From: a virus
Taxonomy: Duplodnaviria > Caudoviricetes
Reading direction: 5' to 3' (one strand)
Virus record (IMG/VR): IMGVR_UViG_3300036783_000113
Coordinates: 17,484-81,483 of that record
Length of the DNA: 64,000 nucleotides
Each line of letters opens with the position of its first letter. Positions within the stretch are counted from its first letter, which is position 1. Positions 47,286 to 56,380 of this stretch are shown here, piece by piece. The position numbers were made by a program, and so were the translations under genes. The notes under the pieces were generated by a model. The model did not search any database, had not been told where the DNA came from, and saw nothing but the letters and a program-made list of their open reading frames with translations.

Positions 47286-48275
47286 TCACCCTTCCGTATT
47301 CTGTTGTTGTAACGCATTGTCACGATATAAACGAACTTGATTTAATACGTGTGGAGCTTGTTCGGCTGTTAAAGAGTATGGATTATTAACTTGATTGTTC
47401 GTTACGTGCAATAAAAATTGTGTAGCTGTTTCACTAGACATTTGAAGTTGTTGAGTAATGATATTTACAATTTCATCAATTTGATTACTTAAATTAGCAT
47501 CTGTTTTAATTATGTTTTGTTGTTCGGGTTTAGTTTCAACGAAACCTTTATCTTTTCTAGCGTGTTCAAGAACAACTTTTAATAATGTTGAGTTATCGAA
47601 TTTATCAATAACAGCTGGAATAAGTTGGTTCTTATCTTTGTCTAATACGTCAGAACGTACACGTTCACACTTATGATTTTGACCTGTTTTCTTTAGCATT
47701 AAATGAACATCAACTTCATATGGTAAACGTTTTTCTGTATCGGGAATCAAAGGAGTATTAGGATCAATCTTCATCATTGTTCCTTTTAAATAATTATCTT
47801 TCGTATGAGCTGTAATAATCAAATGACAATCAAGACGTTTCAAGTTATTGATAATTTCGTAAAAGATATCTTTTGGCATATCGTTCTCGTTAAATTCTAA
47901 TTTAAATTTATCAGGATTGCCTGATTTATCTTTCATATATTCTAATGAATATTTCTTAACACGTTGCCATAAAACCGTCCCTGAATCGATTACAACCGTT
48001 TTATAATAAGAATAACCAGTTTGTTGTTGTGATGCTAATAACTGTTTTGTCATGTTTAAGATAGCCATTGGATCATCGTTATCGAAAATATCAAAGTCAG
48101 CAACGTGAGAATACATTTCTGATTTCTTTTCGGGATCGATAACCAAAGTTGGTGTTTCTGCTCCGAAAATAGCTACAGTAGATTTTCCAGCGCCGTCATG
48201 CCCTGATAATAATATTGTTACAAATAATTCTTTCATACCAGCTTTTCGTATTCCGTATTGTTCCATTGGATTCAT
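47286..48275 (-). CDS. Sak4-like AAA ATPase (single-strand annealing)
   Basis: GHDGAGKS, VVIDSGT, IITAH, PYEVD; next to SSB. Confidence 0.75.
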   Translation of the reverse strand: MNPMEQYGIRKAGMKELFVTILLSGHDGAGKSTVAIFGAETPTLVIDPEKKSEMYSHVADFDIFDNDDPMAILNMTKQLLASQQQTGYSYYKTVVIDSGTVLWQRVKKYSLEYMKDKSGNPDKFKLEFNENDMPKDIFYEIINNLKRLDCHLIITAHTKDNYLKGTMMKIDPNTPLIPDTEKRLPYEVDVHLMLKKTGQNHKCERVRSDVLDKDKNQLIPAVIDKFDNSTLLKVVLEHARKDKGFVETKPEQQNIIKTDANLSNQIDEIVNIITQQLQMSSETATQFLLHVTNNQVNNPYSLTAEQAPHVLNQVRLYRDNALQQQNTEG

Positions 48276-48357
48276 GCTACATAACCTCTTTCAAATTTTA
48301 TTTTTAAGGGGGTTGTCATAAATTTACGACTTCCCCCATATGATAAGTTAAAGTTAA

Positions 48358-49566
48358 TTATTGTTGAAACGGATTGCCGCCTTGTTGACCACCGAAGAAT
48401 TGATTGGCTTGTTGACCAAATTGTCCTTGTTGTTGACCTTGCTGTTGTTGATTGAATCCTTGCTCAAATGGAGCTGCTTGAGAAGTATCAACATTCATAA
48501 AATCGTAAGGTGTCATTCCGTTACCTTGTTGTTGTACAGGTTGTTGTTGTCCTGTAAATGGATTCTGCCCCATTTGTTGTTGTTGACCTTGATTAGCCGC
48601 GTCAGGATGACCGCCAAAAGGATTCTGGCCTTGTTGTTGGTTCACAGGCTGCTGATTAACTTGTTGCTGTTGTTGTCCGAAAGGATTACTTTGTTGTTGG
48701 TTGAATTGATCTTTCTGTAAGTTAGGTTGTTGTCCAAATCCATTACCTTGTGGAGCTTGTTGTCCCATTCCTGTAGGCATTTGATTATTAATATTAGACA
48801 TTCCTTGCGGCTGACCACCAAATTGTTGATTTTGAGGTTGTCCACCAAAACCTTGTTGTTGTTGAGTGTTGTTAGGTGCTGCACGATGAACGTCAATACG
48901 ACCTGCTTCAACACGCTCAATTTTATTGTTTGGATTACCTACAGTCATTCCGAAATCATCATAAGTAACATCTTGTTTGTTGTAGTAGTAGTAACCAACT
49001 TCAGCGTTTGCACCATTACCTAAACCAGCTGCTAATGACGATTGGATAATTTCAGGGTTATGAACTTCAACTTTAATTACTGCTGGATCAATAGGTTGTC
49101 CAGTTGTTCGACTAATAACTAAGTTTCCGTTTTTGTCTAAGCTATAAGAGATTACAGTGAATTTAAGTACGTTACCTAAGTTTTGGAAATTTGTAATTTC
49201 TCCACCGATACGACCTGAAATTTTTGGTTGCATTGGTTGGTTTTGATTATCTACAGCTTGTTCAACATCTACGAATGAAGTTAAGTTTGTATAAGTTACA
49301 CCACTTTGTTCTGCTGTAAATTGTTCAAGTTTAGCCATATTAACTCGAATCATTGGTTTTTCTGATACAGGGAAGTTGTCCAATGCGCGTTGACCTATAT
49401 CTAATCCTACACGAACGTTTACCGATCCGTAGCCTTTAGCGAACACTAGTAATTCTTTTCCGTAAACTTCACCATTGTCTTTCTTAGCGCGATCTTGGAC
49501 ATATGTAAGTTGTCCAATCACGATACCCATATTGATATACTTGAAATCTTTTTTAAAATTTGTCAT
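48358..49566 (-). CDS. Single-stranded DNA-binding protein with long Q/N/G/F/P-rich tail
   Basis: Tandem OB-like N-terminus (inference) and ~170 aa low-complexity tail; own promoter. Confidence 0.7.
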   Translation of the reverse strand: MTNFKKDFKYINMGIVIGQLTYVQDRAKKDNGEVYGKELLVFAKGYGSVNVRVGLDIGQRALDNFPVSEKPMIRVNMAKLEQFTAEQSGVTYTNLTSFVDVEQAVDNQNQPMQPKISGRIGGEITNFQNLGNVLKFTVISYSLDKNGNLVISRTTGQPIDPAVIKVEVHNPEIIQSSLAAGLGNGANAEVGYYYYNKQDVTYDDFGMTVGNPNNKIERVEAGRIDVHRAAPNNTQQQQGFGGQPQNQQFGGQPQGMSNINNQMPTGMGQQAPQGNGFGQQPNLQKDQFNQQQSNPFGQQQQQVNQQPVNQQQGQNPFGGHPDAANQGQQQQMGQNPFTGQQQPVQQQGNGMTPYDFMNVDTSQAAPFEQGFNQQQQGQQQGQFGQQANQFFGGQQGGNPFQQ

Positions 49567-49621
49567 TTTTAATTACCTCACTTTTTGAATTTGTTTTGTT
49601 GTATTGCTTACTACACTTATT

Positions 49622-49650
49622 ATTCTATTAAACTTTAACTTTTAAGTCAA
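49622..49650 (-). promoter_or_regulatory. sigmaA early promoter
   Basis: TTGACT-17-TAGAAT. Confidence 0.75.
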
Positions 49651-49800
49651 TCATTTTTCGAAAACTTTTTTAACTTTTTTTGAATTATGTTCTAAACACT
49701 TAGAATAGCCAAAGCGGAAACCATCGGAATAACCGATGTAATAACCGCTTGCTAAACAAATTAGAGAAATTAATATTCCTGTAATCAACTGGAACATCAT
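49651..49800 (-). CDS. 49-aa membrane peptide
   Basis: MMFQLITGILISLICLASGYYIGYSDGFRFGY...; overlaps the nrdF stop. Confidence 0.4.
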   Translation of the reverse strand: MMFQLITGILISLICLASGYYIGYSDGFRFGYSKCLEHNSKKVKKVFEK

Positions 49801-50786
49801 CCTTCAATACCTTCAAACTTCCAATCTTCTTTTCTCATACGTTCAATTGTAGCTTTAACATACGACGAACCTTTCATACTGAAGAAGTCGTGATTTTCTG
49901 CTTCTGTACTCAATGCATTTAATACGATTGGATCAATCTCTACATGTTCGAAAATAGGTTCTTTACCAAGATTCATACATACTTTATTTGTGTTGTAACG
50001 TAGGAAATTCTTAACTTTATGAGTTAAGCCTAAATCAGCGTATAACTCCTGAATGTAACGCAATTCATTTTCGTATAAATCATAAATAAGGCTTTCGAAT
50101 TCATTATCTGCAAATAAGCGTTCTTCTTCGGAAAGGGAGCTATAAAGTTCTTGTGCAACCAGTCCAGTATATATACCGTGAATATTTTCATCTAGCATGA
50201 TTTTCTTAATGATTTCACCGGATGCTTTCATGTAGCCCTTTCCGGAAAGATAGAGTGGAAAGAAGAATCCTGTATAAAAAAGTTTACCTTCTAAGATACA
50301 AGAAGCAGCCATTGCTAAATATAAACTTAGAGAATCATTAACTCCTTTATAATATTTCATAATACGATTCATCTTGTACTGTTGGGCTGGATGTTCTTCA
50401 ACCCATTTCCCAAGATGTTTAATATTAGGAGCTGTAGTTAAGGCTGAAAAGATACGACTGTACGATTTAGCATGAATAACAATTTCTTCCATTTCAATAA
50501 ATTTGAATACAGTTAACTTTTGTGGACTATGAATATGTCGCAACCAGTTATCAATACCATGATTACCACCTTGAAAGAAATCTAGTCCAGTAAGTCCAGC
50601 TAATACTTTCAAATAAGTATCTTGTTCTGAATCACTTAACTGATCCCATTTCTCTTTATCATTAGATGGAGCGAATTCATCTTCAAACCACATCATCTTT
50701 TTCAATTGATTCAACATGAATTCCGAATAATTATCTTCAGGTTCGTTCCAATCGACCATAATATGTTTTACTTCATTCATTTGCAT
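49797..50786 (-). CDS. nrdF: Ribonucleotide reductase class Ib beta subunit
   Basis: LD, E...HAKSY, LE..LFY.GF, DE.IHG. Confidence 0.92.
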   Translation of the reverse strand: MQMNEVKHIMVDWNEPEDNYSEFMLNQLKKMMWFEDEFAPSNDKEKWDQLSDSEQDTYLKVLAGLTGLDFFQGGNHGIDNWLRHIHSPQKLTVFKFIEMEEIVIHAKSYSRIFSALTTAPNIKHLGKWVEEHPAQQYKMNRIMKYYKGVNDSLSLYLAMAASCILEGKLFYTGFFFPLYLSGKGYMKASGEIIKKIMLDENIHGIYTGLVAQELYSSLSEEERLFADNEFESLIYDLYENELRYIQELYADLGLTHKVKNFLRYNTNKVCMNLGKEPIFEHVEIDPIVLNALSTEAENHDFFSMKGSSYVKATIERMRKEDWKFEGIEG

Positions 50787-50792
50787 ATCCTC

Positions 50793-52880
50793 CTATACCG
50801 AACAAGCTTCGCACTCTTCGACTTGAGTTAATTTAGTACGAACGTAATAGATTGTTTTGACTTTCTTTTTCCAAGCGTATGCATATATACGGCCTAATAA
50901 TCTCGTATTAGCTTCTCCTTTATAATGAATAGTAAAGGATATGCCTTGATCGATATGCTTCTGAATTTCAGCAATAACATCAACTATTTTAAATGGATCG
51001 ATGTCATATGCTGATTCATAATAATCTTCAGCTTCTTCCATAAATGGAGCTGGATATTGTACAGTGAACTTATTAGTCGTTCTAGCTTCGATTAAGTTAA
51101 CGATAGGTAAAACTCCTTGAGTTGCATTTTGAACGTAACTGATGCCACCTGTAGGCGCTGAAGCTAAACGGTATGAATGATACAATCCGTGAATCATAAT
51201 ATTATTCTTTAACTTTTTCCAATCTTCTTGAGTTGGTATTTCAATACCTTCAAATAACTTTTGTACTCTTTTCATCTTCGGATAATAATCTTCTGCAATA
51301 TGAGATTCAAAATATTCTCCATTTGCATAAGTTGACTTTTCGAATCCATAAAACTTACTATTTCTTTCAATTGCCATTTGATTTGATTTAACTAAAGTGT
51401 AATAATTAATTGTACTAAAGAAAGTACGTGCAAAATCAATAGAAGCTTTAGAGCCGTATGGAATTCCGTTTTTAGCTAAGTAACCTTGTAAGTTCATAAA
51501 CCCAAGACCAACTGACTTCATTAAATCATTTGCTTTCTTAATGGTAGGAACGTTTTTAATGTCCGAGAATTCAGTTACAGCCGTTAACATTTCCATTGCT
51601 GCAAATACATCTTCTCTTAATTCTTTGCCTTCCATTACGTTAACGATGTTTAATGACCCTAAGTTACAACTAATATCTAATCCAAGTTCATCCTCTTCGC
51701 CATAATCGGCTTTTGTAGTGTCAGAAGAGTATTGTAGTATTTCGGTACATAAATTAGACTTTTTAACTCGACCAAGATATTTTAATGGATGTTGGTTATT
51801 TACGTTGCCTTCAAACATTACATATGGATAACCTGACTCGAATAATACACGCATGATATAATCACAAAACATTTCGTTTGCTGACATTTTCTTTTTCTTA
51901 ACTTTAGGATTACTAACAACTTCATCGTACATTTCATCCCAATCGATTTCATCAATAGCTAAACCATATTCTTTCTTAACATCATAAGGAGAAAACATAT
52001 AAAACTCTTCGTCAGATTCAGCTAATTCTAAGAAACGATCAGGAATACTAACGCCGATTGAAAGTGATTGAATTCGTGTCTTTTCATCGGTATTTATTTT
52101 CTTTGTATCTAAGAAGTCGATGATATCCCAATGGAATATGTTTAGATATGCTACGCCTGAACCTTTACGAGCGCCTAATTGATTAGCGTAAGAGAATGAA
52201 TCCTCAAGTAATTTCATAACTGGAACTACACCACTAGCGCGGTTATCGATACCTTTAATCGGATCACCTTTAGCACGTAAACCAGTTAAGTTTAATGCTA
52301 CGCCACCGCCTTGTTTAGAAAGTTCTAATGAATTTCCAATACGGAATGAAATATCATTCATTGCATCACCGACATCAAGCAAGAAACAAGATACCATTTC
52401 ACCACGTGCATATTTACCTGCATTTAAGAATGTCGGTGTAGCTGGTTGATAACGTTGCTTCATCATTCTGTCACAAAAGTTCATAGCACTTTTAAAACTA
52501 CCACGACCTAAGAATAAAGCTGTCATTGATACGCGGTCTTCGTAACGTTCTAAATACCGATCACCTTTTCTATTCTTCAATGCGTAATCACTAAAGAATT
52601 TTTGAGCGCTCATGAAGGAAGGGAAACGGAAATCGAAAGAGTACGCGTGATTAAATACTTCTTCAACTTGTTCGGGAGTGTATTGATCCAATACTTCCTT
52701 ATCATAATACTTTTCATTAACCATATAATTAATTTTCTCTTCAAAGTCCAAGAATGAACGAAGATTATCATTAATGTAATCCATAAAGAAAGAACGTACA
52801 GCTTCCTTATCTTTTTGTAACTGATATTTACCATCGACTTTAGTTGTCACTTCGTTGTTTAGTTCAACCCATTTTGACAT
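50793..52880 (-). CDS. nrdE: Ribonucleotide reductase class Ib alpha subunit
   Basis: PATPTFLNAG, SCFL, SNLCTEI, ISCNLGSLN, C-terminal CEACSV. Confidence 0.95.
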   Translation of the reverse strand: MSKWVELNNEVTTKVDGKYQLQKDKEAVRSFFMDYINDNLRSFLDFEEKINYMVNEKYYDKEVLDQYTPEQVEEVFNHAYSFDFRFPSFMSAQKFFSDYALKNRKGDRYLERYEDRVSMTALFLGRGSFKSAMNFCDRMMKQRYQPATPTFLNAGKYARGEMVSCFLLDVGDAMNDISFRIGNSLELSKQGGGVALNLTGLRAKGDPIKGIDNRASGVVPVMKLLEDSFSYANQLGARKGSGVAYLNIFHWDIIDFLDTKKINTDEKTRIQSLSIGVSIPDRFLELAESDEEFYMFSPYDVKKEYGLAIDEIDWDEMYDEVVSNPKVKKKKMSANEMFCDYIMRVLFESGYPYVMFEGNVNNQHPLKYLGRVKKSNLCTEILQYSSDTTKADYGEEDELGLDISCNLGSLNIVNVMEGKELREDVFAAMEMLTAVTEFSDIKNVPTIKKANDLMKSVGLGFMNLQGYLAKNGIPYGSKASIDFARTFFSTINYYTLVKSNQMAIERNSKFYGFEKSTYANGEYFESHIAEDYYPKMKRVQKLFEGIEIPTQEDWKKLKNNIMIHGLYHSYRLASAPTGGISYVQNATQGVLPIVNLIEARTTNKFTVQYPAPFMEEAEDYYESAYDIDPFKIVDVIAEIQKHIDQGISFTIHYKGEANTRLLGRIYAYAWKKKVKTIYYVRTKLTQVEECEACSV

Positions 52881-53233
52881 TTGTTTACCTCCTTGATAAC
52901 TTGTTTGACATTTTCAACATCAACTTCGTCACCACTTAATTCAAATTTGTATAAAACAGGTACATTATATTTAGCTGAAATTATATCCGCTGCTGCACCA
53001 AACATTTTACCCCACACTCTATTCCCTGAACTAATCACCCCTTTCAAATAACTTTTGTTGTCCTCAAGAAAGTTAAGGCTTGTATCAGGACATTGGCCAA
53101 ATCCAGTAGTGAAAGTTATGAGTATAAAAGGTTCATCCAGCTTATGAATCTCTTTGACTGAAAAACAAGGGAATGGAAGCTTATTTACAAAGCGTTCAAC
53201 ATTCCCTGTTTTACTATCATATATAACTTTCAC
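52859..53233 (-). CDS. nrdI: NrdI flavodoxin
   Basis: YDSKTGNVERF, TTGFGQ.P, GVISSGNRVWG, KFELSG. Confidence 0.95.
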   Translation of the reverse strand: MKVIYDSKTGNVERFVNKLPFPCFSVKEIHKLDEPFILITFTTGFGQCPDTSLNFLEDNKSYLKGVISSGNRVWGKMFGAAADIISAKYNVPVLYKFELSGDEVDVENVKQVIKEVNKCQNGLN

Positions 53234-53601
53234 TATTTAACAGTTAAAGTTTCAGAAACAGACTCAAGAAGATGTTGTTTAGCTTCAGCTGGAATAATTC
53301 CTAAAGTAATGTACTCTTGAACCTTTTTAACATCGATATCATCTTTCTTACACATATCTAACTTGCCGATATTATGAAGGTATTGTTGTAATGAATCAGC
53401 TGCTTTAACAGAAGTTTTATGTGAACGAGTTACACCACCAAAACCTGTTTCGAATTTGCCGTCTTGTCCATTAAAAGCCGCTGACAACGATTTACGAGCT
53501 GCATCTTTCGCTTTCTTTGCTTCCTTTTCTAACTTAGAGAAGTAAATATATTTTTCAGTATCGTTATTAAAAGTTGGTAAGTTAATATTAAACATTTCCA
53601 T
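53233..53601 (-). CDS. Hypothetical protein (Gam/Gp157-like, tentative)
   Basis: Helix, then beta-hairpin, then IDVKKV pattern (inference). Confidence 0.35.
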   Translation of the reverse strand: MEMFNINLPTFNNDTEKYIYFSKLEKEAKKAKDAARKSLSAAFNGQDGKFETGFGGVTRSHKTSVKAADSLQQYLHNIGKLDMCKKDDIDVKKVQEYITLGIIPAEAKQHLLESVSETLTVK

Positions 53602-53743
53602 TCCCTCTTCCTATTTGTTATTTAAATCCCATTCCATTAACTTTTGAGATAACCTATATACCTTGTCCCATTCCATTAAACCATTGCGATACTTTTTGTC
53701 CAAGAAATCATAGTAGCGGTCAATAAATACTGATCCCATAACA

Positions 53744-53935
53744 TTAATCTTCAGAAATTGTAACTACATGATGACCTGATACAAGGTGTTGAACTTCAGT
53801 GTTCACATGGTCAATTACTAACGTAATTGTTGTGATTGGATATTCGACAGCTTCATCACCACGACCTTCTTTCTTAATACTTACCTTCGCTTCTTTTACT
53901 AACGCTTCAAATTTAGTCATTTTATATTCCTCCAA
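53744..53935 (-). CDS. Hypothetical protein
   Basis: ORF track. Confidence 0.45.
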   Translation of the reverse strand: MEEYKMTKFEALVKEAKVSIKKEGRGDEAVEYPITTITLVIDHVNTEVQHLVSGHHVVTISED

Positions 53936-54025
53936 TTAATTTATTAGTTTATTAAATTAAAATGCTACCATTCAACTTTTGGCATCTTGGTAGCACGTAT
54001 TAATCATTAATACTTGTCCACCAAA

Positions 54026-54823
54026 TTATTTTCGGTTAGAATCATCTAAAACTTTTAAGCTATCGAAAAACTTTTTGCTCACTAGATGTTTGCGATGAAC
54101 CGTATCTTTTCCTAAAACGTGGAAATCAGCAATTACTTGTTCGTGGTCAATTTCCCTGTGATTTTGAATAGTCCATTTTGTTGTATTACCACAAGGATCA
54201 ATCACTAAATCTCCATCTTCAACATTTTTAGGATTCGGAACAGTAAGGAAGATTTTAGGAATTTCTTCACCAGCCGCTCTATAAAATGCGATTAACTTTC
54301 CGATATATTCATTGAAAGTATCGATTGGATCGCATTTAGCAATTCCTCTTGCGTAAACGTGTTTCGATTTGTGACCTACAAGCAAGCAAACAACTGTTCG
54401 TTTCTCTTTGTTTACAATGAATTTTTCATCCATCGTAGCATATGTTGTTGTTTTAAACCCGTTAACTTCTCTTTTTTCGATATCCTCTTCTTTATGTTTG
54501 AAAGCTACTGTAGTTTGACGATTTGCAAAACCAGCAATTTCTTCTTTCGCTAAATCAACGATGTACTTTCTGTAAGAATCTGATGTTGAGAAAACATGAA
54601 GTCCGTTGTCATCTAATAAAGTGTATTTACCATTTGCTTTAACTGTTGTTTTTTCTTCATCTACAGTTAATTTTTCATTTCCTTCTTCAGTTGCTTCAGT
54701 AAATAACTTAATAGCTCTTTTTGATTCTTCAATTGCTCTTTGTGAATAATTCACGGCATCATTATGTAGTTGCGTCGCTGTCTCTAAAGCCGTTAAAGCA
54801 TCTGTGAATTTTTGTTTGTTCAT
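54026..54823 (-). CDS. Hypothetical early protein
   Basis: First gene after the promoter at 54882-54910. Confidence 0.6.
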   Translation of the reverse strand: MNKQKFTDALTALETATQLHNDAVNYSQRAIEESKRAIKLFTEATEEGNEKLTVDEEKTTVKANGKYTLLDDNGLHVFSTSDSYRKYIVDLAKEEIAGFANRQTTVAFKHKEEDIEKREVNGFKTTTYATMDEKFIVNKEKRTVVCLLVGHKSKHVYARGIAKCDPIDTFNEYIGKLIAFYRAAGEEIPKIFLTVPNPKNVEDGDLVIDPCGNTTKWTIQNHREIDHEQVIADFHVLGKDTVHRKHLVSKKFFDSLKVLDDSNRK

Positions 54824-54881
54824 TTTGTTTTCCCCCTTGAATATTCATTTTGGACAACGTTTGTTGTTGTCTACGTTTCCT

Positions 54882-54910
54882 ATATTACAGGCATATTTCT
54901 GTCGAGTCAA
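54882..54910 (-). promoter_or_regulatory. sigmaA early promoter
   Basis: TTGACT-17-TAATAT. Confidence 0.75.
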
Positions 54911-55007
54911 CATATTTTTTTCATTAATTTAACTATTTTATGTATTTATTTTTAAATTATTCATAAAAAGAAAGTTAAATTAGGACACTACACGGACAGA
55001 CATAATT

Positions 55008-55039
55008 TTGCAATTTACGCAATAACTATTTAATAACTA
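55008..55039 (+). promoter_or_regulatory. Promoter of the RHH gene with AATAACTA direct repeats
   Basis: TTGCAA-17-TAATAA; AATAACTA at 55021 and 55032 (11-bp period). Confidence 0.5.
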
Positions 55040-55082
55040 CTTAACAAGTGGTTGCAACCTACTTATACAGGAGGTAATAACA

Positions 55083-55379
55083 ATGGTTAAAAAGGATAAT
55101 TACATTCGTAAACCGCTTGTATTCAACAGAAAATCTGCTTGGCACATGGATTTATATGAAAGAATTGAAAATGAAAGTGAAAATTTCTCCGGTTATTGCA
55201 TGTCTATATTGAAGAATCATTTTGATAACAAGCCGAAAATTGAAAAGAAAGTTATTACTATAAAAGAAAAAGCCGAACCTCAAAAGAAAGAAGTTCGGAA
55301 AGTTAATAACTCAACAAAAGAAAAGGTAACACAAGCTGCAAACTCACCTAAAATTTTTAAAAACTTAAAACAGTCATAA
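55083..55379 (+). CDS. Ribbon-helix-helix-like regulator
   Basis: RKPLVFN beta strand, helix, NFSGYCMSIL helix, then a disordered K-rich tail. Confidence 0.6.
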   Translation: MVKKDNYIRKPLVFNRKSAWHMDLYERIENESENFSGYCMSILKNHFDNKPKIEKKVITIKEKAEPQKKEVRKVNNSTKEKVTQAANSPKIFKNLKQS

Positions 55380-55506
55380 CTGTGTGGAGTCGGTAATATA
55401 CTATTCATAAACTTTCGCTTTTAGTGAACGAAGGAGCGGAACGAAAGTTCTAGCCTAATATATCCCTAGTGAATTAATCGAACGTTATTAAGTAGTTAAT
55501 AACGAG

Positions 55507-55572
55507 TTAAAACGGTAAAGATGCGATCCACATTAAAGTAAGTCCTACACTTATTAACACCGCTTCAAACAT
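55507..55572 (-). CDS. 21-aa hydrophobic peptide
   Basis: MFEAVLISVGLTLMWIASLPF; AAAGGAG RBS 8 nt upstream; TATAAT at 55604-55609. Confidence 0.5.
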   Translation of the reverse strand: MFEAVLISVGLTLMWIASLPF

Positions 55573-55651
55573 GAAATCAACTCCTTTATAAGTTCTTGTC
55601 TATATTATATTCGCAAAACGAAAGTATAAACCATGAAAGGACTGGTAAGTT

Positions 55652-55768
55652 ATGGGTTTAGCGGCTTTTGTTACGACAAGTACGTTAATGGTCTTATGGT
55701 TTGGATTTGGATTAAAAGCTTACATCAAGAACGTTAAGGAGGATGAAAAAAATGATCGTAAAAATTAA
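55652..55768 (+). CDS. 38-aa membrane peptide
   Basis: AAAGGA RBS; one TM segment and a charged tail; overlaps the pilin-like gene. Confidence 0.55.
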   Translation: MGLAAFVTTSTLMVLWFGFGLKAYIKNVKEDEKNDRKN

Positions 55769-56231
55769 TGGTGTGGCGCAAATTCCAAGTGTGGGTTTAA
55801 AACAACGAATGAAGTTGGATAAATATGTAGAACCTGAAGTGTTAGTTAAGAAAAGAAAAGTTGATTTAAAGAAGTTAGCTGTAACGTTATGGACTACTTC
55901 AGGTATATTCTTTGCTAAACACGCTGTATTCGCTGCAACTGAAGGAGCGCAACGGATTAACTTATGGCAACAGCTGTTTCCTGTATTCGATATCTTCCAA
56001 CAGTTAGGGATGGTAATTGGAGCTTTCGCTTTAATCGCTGGTTTAAGTGTTATGTTTGTTAAAAAACGTGTTGGTATGGGGATTATAATGACTTCAGCAA
56101 TTGTAATAGCTGGTGTGTTCCTTGTTCCTTCAGCTGTAATGTTAATCGCTATAATAGGTAGCATGTTAAATGATACATTGGTTGATGTGTTCAATAATTT
56201 AAATGTGAAAGGATCGGTGAACATAAAATGA
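55752..56231 (+). CDS. VirB2/TrbC pilin-like membrane protein
   Basis: Basic leader, signal-like segment ending AVFAA, then two long hydrophobic helices; AAGGAGG RBS. Confidence 0.55.
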   Translation: MIVKINGVAQIPSVGLKQRMKLDKYVEPEVLVKKRKVDLKKLAVTLWTTSGIFFAKHAVFAATEGAQRINLWQQLFPVFDIFQQLGMVIGAFALIAGLSVMFVKKRVGMGIIMTSAIVIAGVFLVPSAVMLIAIIGSMLNDTLVDVFNNLNVKGSVNIK

Positions 56232-56380
56232 AGATGATTATAAATGTTGTTATCGGTGTAGCTTTCGGTTTCCTTATTGGTTTCCCTTTCGGTATTTCAT
56301 ATACGGTTACAGCTGCTCAAGATTCAGATATAGTAAAAGTAATTTCGAACATTAAAGCAATGTGGGAGTTCTTCCAATGA
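56228..56380 (+). CDS. 50-aa membrane protein
   Basis: MKMIINVVIGVAFGFLIGFPFG...; overlapping start/stop coupling on both sides. Confidence 0.6.
   Translation: MKMIINVVIGVAFGFLIGFPFGISYTVTAAQDSDIVKVISNIKAMWEFFQ

Noticed and set aside
49797-52880. Introns or inteins in nrdE/nrdF (also terL, helicase)
   Set aside because: ORF lengths are normal and uninterrupted.
54980-55010. sigmaK/sigmaE promoter (CATAATTT) for the RHH gene; similar CATAAATT upstream of parM
   Set aside because: The -35 elements do not fall at the required spacing; a sigmaA-like promoter explains the RHH gene.
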